A stretch of DNA of 64,000 bases from Heterodontus francisci (lineage: Eukaryota). This document shows, piece after piece, positions 63,333-64,000 of the stretch (position 1 is the first letter of the stretch; the number at the start of each line of letters is the position of its first letter). The position numbers were made by a program, and so were the translations under genes. The stretch is from assembly GCF_036365525.1 (NCBI RefSeq), contig NC_090413.1:27976262-28040261 (forward strand), given 5' to 3'. Below the pieces are notes generated by a model, which was not told the origin of the DNA, searched no databases, and worked only from the letters and a program-made list of their open reading frames with translations.

Positions 63333-63355
63333 GTGTCAGTATAAATTGCAAATAA
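63333..63355 (+). CDS. Candidate terminal exon of the AK5-like gene (GVSINCK*)
   Basis: Acceptor cctttcctgttgcag, phase 1 fits exon 9, TAA at 63353-63355, ATTAAA at 63431. Confidence 0.4.
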
Positions 63356-63640
63356 CTCCCACCTAAACTCCAAATTGTCACAGGTTTTCAGGTGTCACAC
63401 AGTCACACACACACAGATCACTGCATCACAATTAAAATCCTGTTTAAAAATAGAGAAAGCATCTCACTTCTACAAAGTCCCCAGCAACAAAACACAGCTT
63501 TTAATTGGTATCACAAACCACATTTTAAAAGGAAAGAGAAAGTTGTTTTGATTTTCTTTGCTGCTGGTTCCTTCTGCCCTCGATTTGACCTGTGAATCTG
63601 ACAATTCGTCTCTAACTGACCTCAGAAGGACAGGGGGTAT

Positions 63641-64000
63641 CAGAGGGTCAGTACTGAGGGAGTGCTGCACTGTCGGAGGGTCAGTACTGAAGGGGTGCTG
63701 CACTGTCGGAGGGTTAGTACTGCGGGAGTGCTGCACTGTCAGAGGGTCAGTACTGCGGGAGTGCTGCACTGTCGGAGGGTCAGTACTGAGGGAGTGCTGC
63801 ACTGTCGGAGGGTCAGTACTGAGGGAGCGCTGCACTGTCGGAGGGTCAGTACTGAGGGAGCGCTGCACTGTCGGAGGGTCAGTACTGAGGGAGCGCTGCA
63901 CTGTCGGAGGGTCAGTACTGAGGGAGTGCTGCACTGTCAGAGGGTCAGTACTGAGGGAGTGCTGCACTGTCGGAGGGTCAGTACTGAGGGAGCGCTGCAC
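63641..64000. repeat. 33-bp minisatellite, inverted relative to 40561-44088, running off the window
   Basis: GGAGGGTCAGTACTGAGGGAGTGCTGCACTGTC. Confidence 0.97.

Overview
Vertebrate nuclear DNA, very probably from a shark or ray; this is inferred from the repeat set (HE1/V-SINE-type and DeuSINE-type SINEs, abundant CR1/L2, Penelope). I rebuilt three intron-containing genes by hand from splice sites and reading phase. (1) A RALGPS-family Ral GEF on the minus strand: two firm exons at 6807-6911 and 4635-4685 plus a tentative start exon; the rest lies left of the window. (2) A complete and very compact ST6GALNAC3-like sialyltransferase: 5 coding exons, 14524-19638, 309 aa, all sialylmotifs intact. 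(3) An AK5-like adenylate kinase: 9 in-phase exons from 25842 to 60159 plus a candidate stop exon at 63333-63355, which would give a 366-aa protein with only one kinase domain. The order RALGPS-like / ST6GALNAC3-like / AK5-like, without ST6GALNAC5 or PIGK, suggests a whole-genome-duplication paralogue block that mammals may lack; this is inference. Two unrelated Penelope-like remnants each carry a minimal hammerhead ribozyme motif. Introns are packed with nested retroelements and minisatellites, several visibly born from SINE/LINE sequence. Most long ORFs in the supplied track are repeat translations, not genes. Family names and human comparisons come from recalled sequences, not database searches, and repeat boundaries are approximate.
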